Assembly: GCA_964593885.1 (NCBI GenBank)
Contig: CAZQKK010000002.1
Location: forward strand, 286,990-350,989
Direction: 5' to 3'
DNA from: an uncultured Candidatus Saccharibacteria bacterium
Lineage (GTDB): Bacteria; Patescibacteriota; UBA1384; CAILIB01
Length of the DNA stretch: 64,000 bases
The notes beneath the pieces were generated by a model that saw nothing but the letters and a program-made list of their open reading frames with translations, did no database searches and was not told where the DNA came from. Each line of letters begins with the position of its first letter. Position 1 is the stretch's first letter. Shown one piece after another: positions 20,609 to 29,006 of this stretch. A program made the position numbers and the translations under genes.

Positions 20609-22126
20609 TGGACCAGCACTCTTATCGTTACGCAAACGCTTGAGCAGGAGCTCAGCGCTAATCAGGCACATTGGCATACCAATGCCGGGGTTAGTATCGG
20701 CACCCACGTAGAAGAGGTTTTCAATCTTCTTATTGGTGTTATTTGGCCTAAATATTGCTGTCTGATTGAGGGTGTGTGCAAGTCCCAGAGCGGTACCTTG
20801 AAAACTGTTGTAGTCGGCTTTGAACTGATCAACGCTGTACACCCGTTTCTGGATCACCCGTTTCCTGAGATCTGGAATTTCCATGGTGTATTCCATGTTG
20901 TGGAGAATGGTATCCCCGTACACTTCCATCCAAACCTTGCTCTCCTCAACTCCAGCTGGAATTGGGACGAGGACAAAGAGATTCTCGTACCCTTTTGGTG
21001 CGACAGTCTCATCGGTGACACTTGGCGCACAGACGTAGTAGGAGGGATCGGTTGGGAGGTACTTGTGTTCGCCAAAAATCTGCTTGAAGTTCTCCTCCCA
21101 GTCTTCAGAAAAGACCAGGTTGTGATGGGTGAGTTGTGGTATTCTCCCCTTAATCCCGAGGTACATGATGTAGGCAGATGGGGCGAGGGTGGCTTTATCC
21201 CAGGTTTCATCTGAGATGGTTCGGTACTCCTTTGGAATAAGGGAGGTTTCGGTGTGGTGCCTATCTGTGTTAGAGACAACAATATCTGCCTCAACAACCT
21301 TGCCGCCTTCAAGGACTACCCCAACTGCCTTCCCGTTCTCTACGATAATTTGCTCAGTAGGTGCTGAATTCACCACCGTAACACCATGCTTTTCCATGAG
21401 GTTTTTGAGCACCTCAACAATCCGGTAAATGCCACCTTCTGGGTAGAACACTCCAAGGTTAAAGTCTATGTGCGCCATGATGCTGTAGAGCGCGGGGGTG
21501 TTGTAGGGAGAGCTCCCCAGGAACACCAAGTTGTACTCCATGATCTTCTGCATCTCAGGGGTGTGAAAGTAGCGGGTGACGTAGCCGTGCATCTTGCTAA
21601 ATACCCTCAGCTTGCTGCCTTTGAGAAGTGCTTCTAGGGTGAAGAAGTCTTTCACCGTGTCATAGTTCTTGTAAACAAAGCTTTGCATTGAAATCTTGTA
21701 CTGCTCTTCTGATTTCTTGAGGTACTCTCTAAACCTCGGGGTGACACCTGGCTCAATTTCCTCAAAAATCTTGAGGTCACGCTCAACGTCCCCCGTCACA
21801 TCAACGGTGAGACCGGTGTCCTTAAAGAAGATACGGTACGAAGGATCAAGTGGTTTGAGAGTAATGTGCTCGGCAATATCTTCGCCCATGAGCTTAAAGT
21901 AGTGCTCAAAGACATCTGGCATGAGGTACCAAGAAGGTCCCATGTCAAACACGAAGCCATCCTTTTTGAAGAGTCCGGCCTTTCCGCCAAGGTTAGCATT
22001 CTTCTCGTAGAGTGAAACCTTGTAGCCAGCCTTCCCCAAGAGTGCTGCAGTAGCCATGCCGCCAATACCACCCCCGATAACCACAACGTGAGTACCCTTG
22101 GCTTTCTGTGGTGTTTTCTTTGCCAT
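20588..22126 (-). CDS. crtI: phytoene desaturase (CrtI family, FAD-dependent)
   Basis: VVVIGGGIGGMATAALL dinucleotide-binding fold, 512 aa, directly downstream of the phytoene synthase gene. Confidence 0.85.
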   Translation of the reverse strand: MAKKTPQKAKGTHVVVIGGGIGGMATAALLGKAGYKVSLYEKNANLGGKAGLFKKDGFVFDMGPSWYLMPDVFEHYFKLMGEDIAEHITLKPLDPSYRIFFKDTGLTVDVTGDVERDLKIFEEIEPGVTPRFREYLKKSEEQYKISMQSFVYKNYDTVKDFFTLEALLKGSKLRVFSKMHGYVTRYFHTPEMQKIMEYNLVFLGSSPYNTPALYSIMAHIDFNLGVFYPEGGIYRIVEVLKNLMEKHGVTVVNSAPTEQIIVENGKAVGVVLEGGKVVEADIVVSNTDRHHTETSLIPKEYRTISDETWDKATLAPSAYIMYLGIKGRIPQLTHHNLVFSEDWEENFKQIFGEHKYLPTDPSYYVCAPSVTDETVAPKGYENLFVLVPIPAGVEESKVWMEVYGDTILHNMEYTMEIPDLRKRVIQKRVYSVDQFKADYNSFQGTALGLAHTLNQTAIFRPNNTNKKIENLFYVGADTNPGIGMPMCLISAELLLKRLRNDKSAGPLAEPLA

Positions 22127-22129
22127 GTA

Positions 22130-22990
22130 CTACCTCCAGTAGTGTTTGAGAATAAGCTTCAGTTTTCGCCACCTGCCAACCCGCGCCCTCCCTACAAATG
22201 GATTGTAGCCTTGCGCAGCGATACTATCCAGAATGCCTGCATAGAGTTTTGCCGCCAGCCTCACTGCCCGCCTACCCTCTGGCTTTAAGAGGTGGATTCC
22301 TTTCTCTGCTTCAGCAAAGAGGTTACGTGATCGCTCAACCTGGAATCTCATCAGTCTCAGGAGGTTCTCACTGGCGTTCCTCTCTGCGATATCGCTATCA
22401 CTGACACCATACCTCCTCATCTCATCTTGGGGAAGGTAGATTCTCCCACGCTCTCGGTAGTCTTCATCAACATCACGGAGGAAGTTGGTGAGCTGCATGG
22501 CGTTTCCAAGGTACGTAGCACTCTTTAGGACTTCATCCTCTTTTGCCCCATCTACCACTCCGATAATTTGTGCCATCATGAGGCCTACCACCACTGCGGA
22601 ACCGTACATGTAGCCTTCAAGATCACTGTAGCTCTCGTACCGTGACTTCTCCGTATCTTGGAGCATTGCCTTGAGAAAGTCTTCGCCATACGTACGGTCA
22701 ACCCCGTAAGCTTTGAACAGCTCGGTGGAAAGTTGGATGAGTGGGTCTCCTGAAGGTTTACCATCCATCTCACCATTCCAGGCGGCTATCCAACGCTCTA
22801 GCTCTCCCCTTGCTTCGGTAGGGTTCTCAGGCTCATCCACAATTTGATCAGGAATCCTTACAAACGCGTAGAGCGCGTAGGTGGCTTTCCTCAGTTTCTT
22901 TGGGAAAAACTGGGTAGCCAGGTAGTAGCTGGTACCGTGTTTCTTCTGAATTGCTTGCGCCTGCTGCTGGGCAGTCTGGATGTGTGCCAT
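22130..22990 (-). CDS. crtB: phytoene synthase (CrtB)
   Basis: YLATQFFPKKLRKATYALYAFVRIPDQIVDE and downstream DxxxD-type motifs of squalene/phytoene synthases. Confidence 0.85.
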   Translation of the reverse strand: MAHIQTAQQQAQAIQKKHGTSYYLATQFFPKKLRKATYALYAFVRIPDQIVDEPENPTEARGELERWIAAWNGEMDGKPSGDPLIQLSTELFKAYGVDRTYGEDFLKAMLQDTEKSRYESYSDLEGYMYGSAVVVGLMMAQIIGVVDGAKEDEVLKSATYLGNAMQLTNFLRDVDEDYRERGRIYLPQDEMRRYGVSDSDIAERNASENLLRLMRFQVERSRNLFAEAEKGIHLLKPEGRRAVRLAAKLYAGILDSIAAQGYNPFVGRARVGRWRKLKLILKHYWR

Positions 22991-24058
22991 CTACTTTTTC
23001 CTCGTTTCAATGAGAGTGAGGAGGGATTCCCAAGGCTTTCGCTGATCAGCTTCCAAACTCGCGAGGGCATTCCTCGCCACAGCAAAGGAGCTTGAGATTT
23101 CCCGTTCGGCCCGCGAGATGGCACCTGAGTCTCTGTAGAGAGTCTTCGCCTGCTTCAGCTCTGTTTCGGTGAGCTTGGTACCCATGAATTTCTTGAGGAG
23201 CGCCTGTTGCTCTGGGGTACCATCACTCAGAATGTAGCTGGTAAGGATGGTATGAGCGCCTTCTTGGATATCGTTGAGAACCGGCTTTTGGAGCTGCTCT
23301 TCCGTAAGGATTACATCAAAGAGGTCATCCTGGATTTGAAAACCAGTTCCAATAGCCCTCCCATAGGTGTCGGCAAACTCCATCCACTGCTTACTCCCGC
23401 CAGCAGCTACCGCACCAATCTGCATAGGCCTCACGAAGGTGTAGAGGGTTGATTTGAAGAGCGTTTTCTCGGTGAGCTCAGCTTCGGTAACCTCGGTGCG
23501 CGTGGTCATATCAACATCAATCATCTGCCCAACCACCACCTCAAGGAACATCCGTGAGAAGACAGCATTCACTGCCATCTTTTCGGCGGGTGAGATAGCC
23601 ACTTCTTGCAGTCTTGCCTGGGAGAGCGCGAGGAGGAAGTCCCCCCAGAGAATAGCCTGCGAATCCGCCACGCGTGGTAGGTTGCCAATCCTCCCCCGGG
23701 ATCGAAGCCAGCTCTCGGTGTAGTGGTGCATGGTGGTCACACCGCGCCTAGAGGCTGCTTCGTCCATAATGTCATCATGGATGAGGGCAAAGAGGTGGAA
23801 GAGCTCGAGGGCAACCGCCAGTTTCACCGCAACGTCTCTGTTGGTACCTCCAGCACTCAGGTACATCTGGTAGGCACCGTACCCCCTGATTCGCTTCCCA
23901 CCCGCGAGAATCAGCTTCTCAAGGTACTCAACGCTCTCGTCTACGTACGAAACCTTGGTTTCTTTCTGGACTGAAACAATAAGCTCTCGCACGGTGGTGG
24001 CGAGAGCTGCGTCAATTTCGTCTCGGATGGTAGAGAATGACGGTTCGGCAGCGGACAT
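22991..24058 (-). CDS. crtE: polyprenyl (geranylgeranyl) diphosphate synthase
   Basis: FARM LIHDDIMDE and SARM GFQIQDDLFD motifs. ATG at 24058 chosen, because the track start at 24136 is a GTG without support. Contiguous with crtB. Confidence 0.8.
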   Translation of the reverse strand: MSAAEPSFSTIRDEIDAALATTVRELIVSVQKETKVSYVDESVEYLEKLILAGGKRIRGYGAYQMYLSAGGTNRDVAVKLAVALELFHLFALIHDDIMDEAASRRGVTTMHHYTESWLRSRGRIGNLPRVADSQAILWGDFLLALSQARLQEVAISPAEKMAVNAVFSRMFLEVVVGQMIDVDMTTRTEVTEAELTEKTLFKSTLYTFVRPMQIGAVAAGGSKQWMEFADTYGRAIGTGFQIQDDLFDVILTEEQLQKPVLNDIQEGAHTILTSYILSDGTPEQQALLKKFMGTKLTETELKQAKTLYRDSGAISRAEREISSSFAVARNALASLEADQRKPWESLLTLIETRKK

Positions 24059-24059
24059 A

Positions 24060-24860
24060 CTATACCTGTATGCTAGCAAGATTAGCTGGTACTGGGAAGC
24101 CTTCTCGGGTGAGTGAGGTGAGTGCCTGGTGTACACGCTCAGGAGTATCCCCCGTTGCTACAACCAGTTCTTGCACATCCCAGTCCGCCTTTTCCAAGAA
24201 GAGCCTCAGGAGCTTTCCCCGCAGCTGCCTCAACGAACCCTCAAACTTTGATTGCTTCGTGTAGTGCTTACTTCGCCTATTTGCATTGGGCACCTGCTTT
24301 GCCAGCCACGAGCCGTAGTCCATGAGTGCGTAGTAGTACTCACGCGGATTATCCCGGTCTAGGTTTCGCTCAATAATTGGCATAAGCTCGGCATCAGAAA
24401 CCCCCTCTCCCTCGGGAAAGTAGTGGTGGAGGAAAACCCTCCTAATGTTGGTTTCAATCATCACAACCGGCTGGTTGTAGGCAAAAGCAACCACCGCTCC
24501 CGCCGTGTAGGGACCCACACCGGGAAGCTCCATGAGACCTTCTTGCGTAGTGGGGAAATTCCCCCGTTCAACGGTAGTGCGCGCTGCTTTCTGGAGCGAA
24601 AGGGCGCGGCGATTGTACCCTAACCCCTGCCAGAGTTTGAGGACCTCCTCGGGAGCTGCCGCTGCTAGCGCGCTTGCCGTTGGAAATGCCTCGAGGAAAG
24701 CGAGGTATTTGGGTACCACCCGCTCAGCTTGGGTCTGCTGGAGCATCACTTCTGAAACGAGCACCTTGTAAGGATCGTCAAGGTTTCGCCATGGGAGGAG
24801 GTCTCTCCCCTGTTCATGGTAGAACTTCATTACCAGCGCCCTAAAATCGGTATCTTCCAT
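24060..24860 (-). CDS. HhH-GPD superfamily DNA glycosylase (EndoIII/MutY-like) without FeS-cluster cysteines
   Basis: LPGVGPYTAGAVVAFAYNQPVVMIETNIRRV helix-hairpin-helix/GPD motif. No C-x6-C-x2-C-x5-C cluster loop. ATG 24860 with GGAAAGG RBS, 1 nt after the upstream gene's stop. Confidence 0.7.
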   Translation of the reverse strand: MEDTDFRALVMKFYHEQGRDLLPWRNLDDPYKVLVSEVMLQQTQAERVVPKYLAFLEAFPTASALAAAAPEEVLKLWQGLGYNRRALSLQKAARTTVERGNFPTTQEGLMELPGVGPYTAGAVVAFAYNQPVVMIETNIRRVFLHHYFPEGEGVSDAELMPIIERNLDRDNPREYYYALMDYGSWLAKQVPNANRRSKHYTKQSKFEGSLRQLRGKLLRLFLEKADWDVQELVVATGDTPERVHQALTSLTREGFPVPANLASIQV

Positions 24861-24861
24861 C

Positions 24862-25299
24862 CTACCTTTCCTGGAGCATGAGGAGAAAAGCAGCGAAACT
24901 AGACCACCAACCAAGGAACGAAAGTATGAAAGAAAAGGTGATGCCCAGCTGCCAGTTAGACGGGAGGAGCTCTGATGACTTCCCTTGCTTTTCACGCTGC
25001 AGGAGGAACCTACTCACCCCAAAGGTAAGGTAGAGGCCATTGAGGATGAGGAGGAGTGCTACGGCAACTTGCCAGCCGATCCCATAGGAAATAACACTCC
25101 CACTGAGTAGTGCTATACTTCCAACCCAGATAAGAGGTTTTGTTACCTTGTGGGTGCGAGTAGTAGCTTCAGTCCAGTAGGAAGACCGCCTCCCCAGGAA
25201 CCCGTGGAGATCAATGACCGTCACTGCGCCCAGCCCTAACGTGAAGGCAAGGAGGAGAAGGACATCGCCAGTGAGTTGCGCGGTTGGAATGAGAGCCAT
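24862..25299 (-). CDS. small 4-TM membrane protein, first gene of the carotenoid/glycosylase operon
   Basis: Four hydrophobic helices; translationally coupled to the glycosylase gene. Confidence 0.45.
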   Translation of the reverse strand: MALIPTAQLTGDVLLLLAFTLGLGAVTVIDLHGFLGRRSSYWTEATTRTHKVTKPLIWVGSIALLSGSVISYGIGWQVAVALLLILNGLYLTFGVSRFLLQREKQGKSSELLPSNWQLGITFSFILSFLGWWSSFAAFLLMLQER

Positions 25300-25437
25300 A
25301 TCAGCCTCAGCATAGCAGGCGGCTACTTGCCGATAAAGCTCATTTCTGCTATTACAGTGGCAGGTTCTTTTGCGTTCGCGCGAAAGGATACTTCAACTTG
25401 ACCCAGGGATGGGCAAGCAGGATATGGAACCTATGAC

Positions 25438-25920
25438 ATGAGTGGTATGGCAACAGTTGCTTCGGTACGCAGGAATGTGTACCTCGGCCAAAACATTGCG
25501 AGTGCCCGGGTGGAAGACCTGGCAACTCAACGACAAGGAAAGAGCAGCAGTCAGAGAGGGTTTGAGAGGTACCTCGAGAACCTTGACCGCAGCATTGCGA
25601 GGTTGAACCGCGAAGCGTACGCGAAACTGGGTTACCGGCAACGGACGCTAAGTCTCGCACTCCTTCGCCAAGAAAGGTGGCAAAAAAAACTTGCCGAAAA
25701 CGACATCAAACTGAAAGAGGTTGGACGCAGCATTGCTGCTACAGAAAACCGACGTCAGCTGGAAGTGTTGAGAGCAAGAAGGTCACGAATCAAAGAGACC
25801 ATCCACCGCAACCGCGAAGAGCTTGCACGAGCAACTCAAGCGGTAAGAAAGGCGGAAAATGCCGTCAGACAATCAGAAGAAGCTGGCAAAGCACTTGGGC
25901 AAGTGCCGCAGCGAGAGTAG
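25438..25920 (+). CDS. hypothetical coiled-coil protein (R/E/K/Q-rich, 160 aa)
   Basis: ORF with a strong terminator downstream; no motif. Confidence 0.4.
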   Translation: MSGMATVASVRRNVYLGQNIASARVEDLATQRQGKSSSQRGFERYLENLDRSIARLNREAYAKLGYRQRTLSLALLRQERWQKKLAENDIKLKEVGRSIAATENRRQLEVLRARRSRIKETIHRNREELARATQAVRKAENAVRQSEEAGKALGQVPQRE

Positions 25921-25953
25921 GGGGATCACAAGTTTCCCGGGCAAAAAAATCCT

Positions 25954-25983
25954 TACCACACCCCAACAGGTGTGGTTTTTTTA
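25954..25983. terminator. bidirectional Rho-independent terminator
   Basis: CCACACC-CCAACA-GGUGUGG flanked by an A7 run upstream and a T7 run downstream, between convergent genes. Confidence 0.65.
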
Positions 25984-26400
25984 GAACTTTCGTACTACCA
26001 ACCCCCACTCACCAACGTGAGAAGCAATTTCGTCTCCGGTAAACGCATAGTTTTGGCTGTGAGGGACTGGCTTTTCACCAACTGCTCCCATTTCCTCAGG
26101 GCTCACCTTGCGCTCTTTGGCGTCGCCATCTGGAATGGTTAGGATTGAGAGGAACTTGTGCGAACCTGCGTTTGCGCGTACCTGTGCCTCGTTATCACTG
26201 AAGAACTGCTGATCCTTCACAATACCCCTCAGCTCAACAAGCCTCACGTACTTCTCCTTACCCATGCGCCTGAAGGCATCAACCATGTACTCCCCGGCTG
26301 GGCCGCTGTCCCGCTCGCGCTCGAGGTGGGCCAGTTCACTCCTCAGCGCATCGGTGGCGATTTGGGGCGAATCAGATGTTGCTCGGTAGAGGGTGATCAT
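25981..26400 (-). CDS. hypothetical cytoplasmic protein (139 aa), co-transcribed downstream of the nuclease
   Basis: 4-nt overlap with the nuclease gene; no signal peptide. Confidence 0.4.
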   Translation of the reverse strand: MITLYRATSDSPQIATDALRSELAHLERERDSGPAGEYMVDAFRRMGKEKYVRLVELRGIVKDQQFFSDNEAQVRANAGSHKFLSILTIPDGDAKERKVSPEEMGAVGEKPVPHSQNYAFTGDEIASHVGEWGLVVRKF

Positions 26401-27023
26401 CGTTTCCCGTTACAGCTAGATGGGTTCCAAAATCCTTTTGATTCTTCTTTAGCACCAAGCTCAGCTGCCTTGAAGGCTTTCTGGAACTTGTAGGGTTTCT
26501 GGTAGGTGTACTCAGTTCCGTAACCTTCTTGAATGAGCTGTAGGTTGAAGAAGGTGCCATCTGGTAGGTAGACATAGCGAAGGATCCTGTTGTACTTATC
26601 AACATCCCCCTGGGTTGGATCTCCCTCAAGTACCACCTCTTTGCCTGAAAGCTTCTCCTTGGTGAACTGTGAGGCCTCTTTGCCAAAGCACTGCACCGTT
26701 TTGCGAGGATCAACTGTTTCAGGAGTATCTACCCCAAGCAGTCTGACGGTTTGTTCGCTCCCATCTTGCAACCTCACCTTGAAGGTATCCCCGTCAGCCA
26801 CGCTCACCACTGTGGGGCGAAGCGAAATGTTTGCGTTGGTAGCATTTTGGGTGGCAGCTGGTGTTGGTTGTACAGTTGCCTCAGCAGTAGGTACACCTAA
26901 CAGTTTTCCCAACTCACTACCAGTAGCGGCGGTTTTTGGCGAAAGCTGAAAGAGAAATACCAGCGCTAGGAGCGCCACTGTAACACCAATGTTTGAGAGT
27001 TGCTTTCTTGAGGCTTTCCGCAT
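26397..27023 (-). CDS. secreted/membrane-anchored thermonuclease (SNase-like)
   Basis: N-terminal signal/anchor (VTVALLALVFLF). SNase motif VADGDTFKVRL....VRLLGVDTPET. ATG at 27023, because the track start at 27059 is TTG. Confidence 0.75.
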   Translation of the reverse strand: MRKASRKQLSNIGVTVALLALVFLFQLSPKTAATGSELGKLLGVPTAEATVQPTPAATQNATNANISLRPTVVSVADGDTFKVRLQDGSEQTVRLLGVDTPETVDPRKTVQCFGKEASQFTKEKLSGKEVVLEGDPTQGDVDKYNRILRYVYLPDGTFFNLQLIQEGYGTEYTYQKPYKFQKAFKAAELGAKEESKGFWNPSSCNGKR

Positions 27024-27059
27024 AGCTGCAGTATACGCTCGCAACGAGGTTGGGTGCAA

Positions 27060-27443
27060 AATTTGAAGCCCACCCCGAATGAGGGGTGGGCAGATTCAGC
27101 ATCCTCCGGACATCAACACAGGCCAGGTAACCCTGTGCAACCACGTACGAGTGACGCTTCTCACCATATGAGCCTGCCCTGACAGCGCTGCTGGGAAGAG
27201 CACCTGGGAGCCTCAACCAACACGTGCGAACAGGCGACATGTACCGGACAGGTGCAAATGAGCACCCCCGATTGCGTCTCCCTTGCCTCGGCGCACCGTT
27301 TGGTACCCGGATTGGCTAGGAGAGTGACTCTCACATCCGGAAGGTATCCGGCGGAGGTCGCTGAGCGTCAGTTCCAATGGTGAACCGAACGGTAACCTAC
27401 GAGGTGTGAGTTACCTGGTAACTCTAGCAGATTGAGGAAACCC
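27060..27443. ncRNA. candidate structured ncRNA locus (possibly RNase P RNA-like); orientation unresolved
   Basis: 384 nt with no credible ORF, GC-rich, many stable hairpins. On +: a 9-bp hairpin GCCCACCCC-GAAUGA-GGGGUGGGC, then UCCGG, then CCAGGUAACCCUG and GUGCAAC, in the same order as P3 / P4-5' strand / P8 / GUGCAAC of bacterial RNase P RNA. On -: a TTGTAA-17-TAGAGT promoter-like element just after the ddl stop, and the same 9-bp hairpin followed by UUCAAAUUUU as a terminator. Confidence 0.3.
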
Positions 27444-28376
27444 TTACAAAGATACAGCGTACTGATGTGATATGTATTTCTTCGCTACCTCAACTAACCG
27501 CGAAACGAAGTCATTGTAAGGTATACCCGCTGCTTGCAACTCTTTGGGGAGGAGCGACGTCTTGGTCATACCAGGTAGCGTATTAATCTCAAGAAAGTAT
27601 GGCTTTCCGTCTTCGCTCAAGATCCAATCAACACGGGCGTAGTGCCTGCAGCCCAAGACTTTGAATGCTTGGAGCGACAGTTCCTGTAGTTCTTTTGTAA
27701 CTTTTTCAGGTAAATTTGCGGGGCACATTTCTTCACACTTACTTGAGGTGTACTTCGCATCAAAGTTGAAAAACTCTTCGGTGGGACGAATTTCTACGAG
27801 TGGAAGAACCTCTGGACTTCCCTCCAAATGGATCACGCCACACGTCAGCTCCCTTCCCTTAACAAAGGTCTCGAGGAGAATTTCACTGCCGTACTTGAAT
27901 GCTTCCTCCACTGCTTGTGTGAGCGCTTCAGGGCTTTTCACAATGGTTACTCCGAAACTGGAGCCATCGCCATTTGGCTTCACTACCACAGGGTAGGTTT
28001 CATCCCAGGTTACTGCATGTCCTTTTGAGAACCGCTTAGAGGTTGGGGTGAGAATAGGCGTTTGTGCCGAAACCACCTCTTTAGTTTTGGTCTTATCGAT
28101 GGTGAGTTTGGAGACCACTGAGCTAGAACCGGTGTAGGGTATTCCGGCCTCTTCAAGTAACCTCTGCACCTGACCATCTTCACCAAAGGGACCGTGGAGA
28201 GCAATGATAACCAGCTTTGATTGCGCCTCAACTACCTGGTTCAGCCAATCGGAGTCTGCCGCATCAACTTCCTGGAATGGGAGCTTAAGTGACGCGATGG
28301 CATCGGCGATTGTTGCCGCCGTCCAGAGTGATACCTCACGTTCTGCCGATGTTCCGCCTTTGAGAATGGTAATCAT
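27444..28376 (-). CDS. ddl: D-alanine--D-alanine ligase
   Basis: Full-length Ddl homology (ATP-grasp): GPFGEDG, EVNTLPGMT-type C-terminal motifs. Confidence 0.9.
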   Translation of the reverse strand: MITILKGGTSAEREVSLWTAATIADAIASLKLPFQEVDAADSDWLNQVVEAQSKLVIIALHGPFGEDGQVQRLLEEAGIPYTGSSSVVSKLTIDKTKTKEVVSAQTPILTPTSKRFSKGHAVTWDETYPVVVKPNGDGSSFGVTIVKSPEALTQAVEEAFKYGSEILLETFVKGRELTCGVIHLEGSPEVLPLVEIRPTEEFFNFDAKYTSSKCEEMCPANLPEKVTKELQELSLQAFKVLGCRHYARVDWILSEDGKPYFLEINTLPGMTKTSLLPKELQAAGIPYNDFVSRLVEVAKKYISHQYAVSL

Positions 28377-28473
28377 AGAAATTGTAGGCTACACCAGACA
28401 TGTCAGACGTGCAATATTCCATGCAAAAATAACAATGTGAACCTCTTTTAGACACCCACTACAGATTGACAAT

Positions 28474-28758
28474 ATGCAAGTAAGTTGGTATAAGGATTCC
28501 GTGTATAAGGCGTTAAAGAGTACCATTGAAACACTCAATACTAACCTCCAGGTTAGTTTAGCTGCCAGACAAATCGCTATCGACCCAAAAACAACAGATG
28601 AGACCAAAAAGAGGAAGCTTAAGAGCTACCTCGAACTTGGACCTGAGGTGACTATCACCATCATCAACCGTGGTGGTAAGCGCGGATTCAGGATTGAGGG
28701 AAAAGAGAAGATCGCATCTGTCGAAATGTCACAATCTTACGAAACTACCGTTTCCTAA
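28474..28758 (+). CDS. hypothetical small basic protein (94 aa) in a lower-GC block
   Basis: ORF with a strong terminator; local composition more AT-rich than its surroundings. Confidence 0.35.
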   Translation: MQVSWYKDSVYKALKSTIETLNTNLQVSLAARQIAIDPKTTDETKKRKLKSYLELGPEVTITIINRGGKRGFRIEGKEKIASVEMSQSYETTVS

Positions 28759-28766
28759 GAAGTCTA

Positions 28767-28793
28767 AGCCACCTTACAGAAGGTGGTTTTTTG
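28767..28793 (+). terminator. Rho-independent terminator
   Basis: CCACCUU-ACAG-AAGGUGG followed by UUUUUUG. Confidence 0.65.
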
Positions 28794-28896
28794 TGTATTT
28801 CAAGAAAGAGGATACAGCAAGCTGCCGTTTCCTGGTCAAAAGCGCTTCGCTTTCCGCGCCAGGAGCACGAACGAATCCTCCGTGAACAACACAATA

Positions 28897-28927
28897 CAAA
28901 AGAGAGTAGCTAGCTACTCTCTTTTGT
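28897..28927. terminator. bidirectional terminator (perfect 22-nt palindrome) 3' of tRNA-Pro
   Basis: AAAAGAGAGUAGCUAGCUACUCUCUUUU perfect palindrome with U-runs on both strands. Confidence 0.6.
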
Positions 28928-28929
28928 AT

Positions 28930-29006
28930 TGGTCGGGGAAAGAGGATTCGAACCTCCGATCTCTGGACCCCCAGCCCAGCGCACTAGTCCACTATGCTAT
29001 TCCCCG
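28930..29006 (-). tRNA. tRNA-Pro (anticodon GGG), CCA encoded
   Basis: Reverse complement folds as a cloverleaf: 7-bp acceptor CGGGGAA/UUCCCCG, U8, D-arm GCAU/GUGC with a GG loop, anticodon stem CUGGG/UCCAG with loop CU-GGG-GG, 5-nt variable loop, T-arm GGAGG-UUCGAAU-CCUCU, discriminator A, CCA. Confidence 0.85.

Noticed and set aside
20774-21428. Several 80-150-aa ORFs on both strands inside crtI
   Set aside because: Nested within a full-length, motif-supported crtI gene; shadow ORFs.
26917-27240. 107-aa reverse-strand ORF spanning the nuclease start and the structured intergenic region
   Set aside because: Overlaps a better-supported gene and a hairpin-dense non-coding region; composition not protein-like.
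27060-27443. tmRNA (ssrA) as the identity of the structured region, and likewise for 37578..38070
   Set aside because: No tRNA-like acceptor/T-arm (GGUUCGAAUCC-type) and no plausible tag-peptide reading frame ending in hydrophobic residues were found on either strand.
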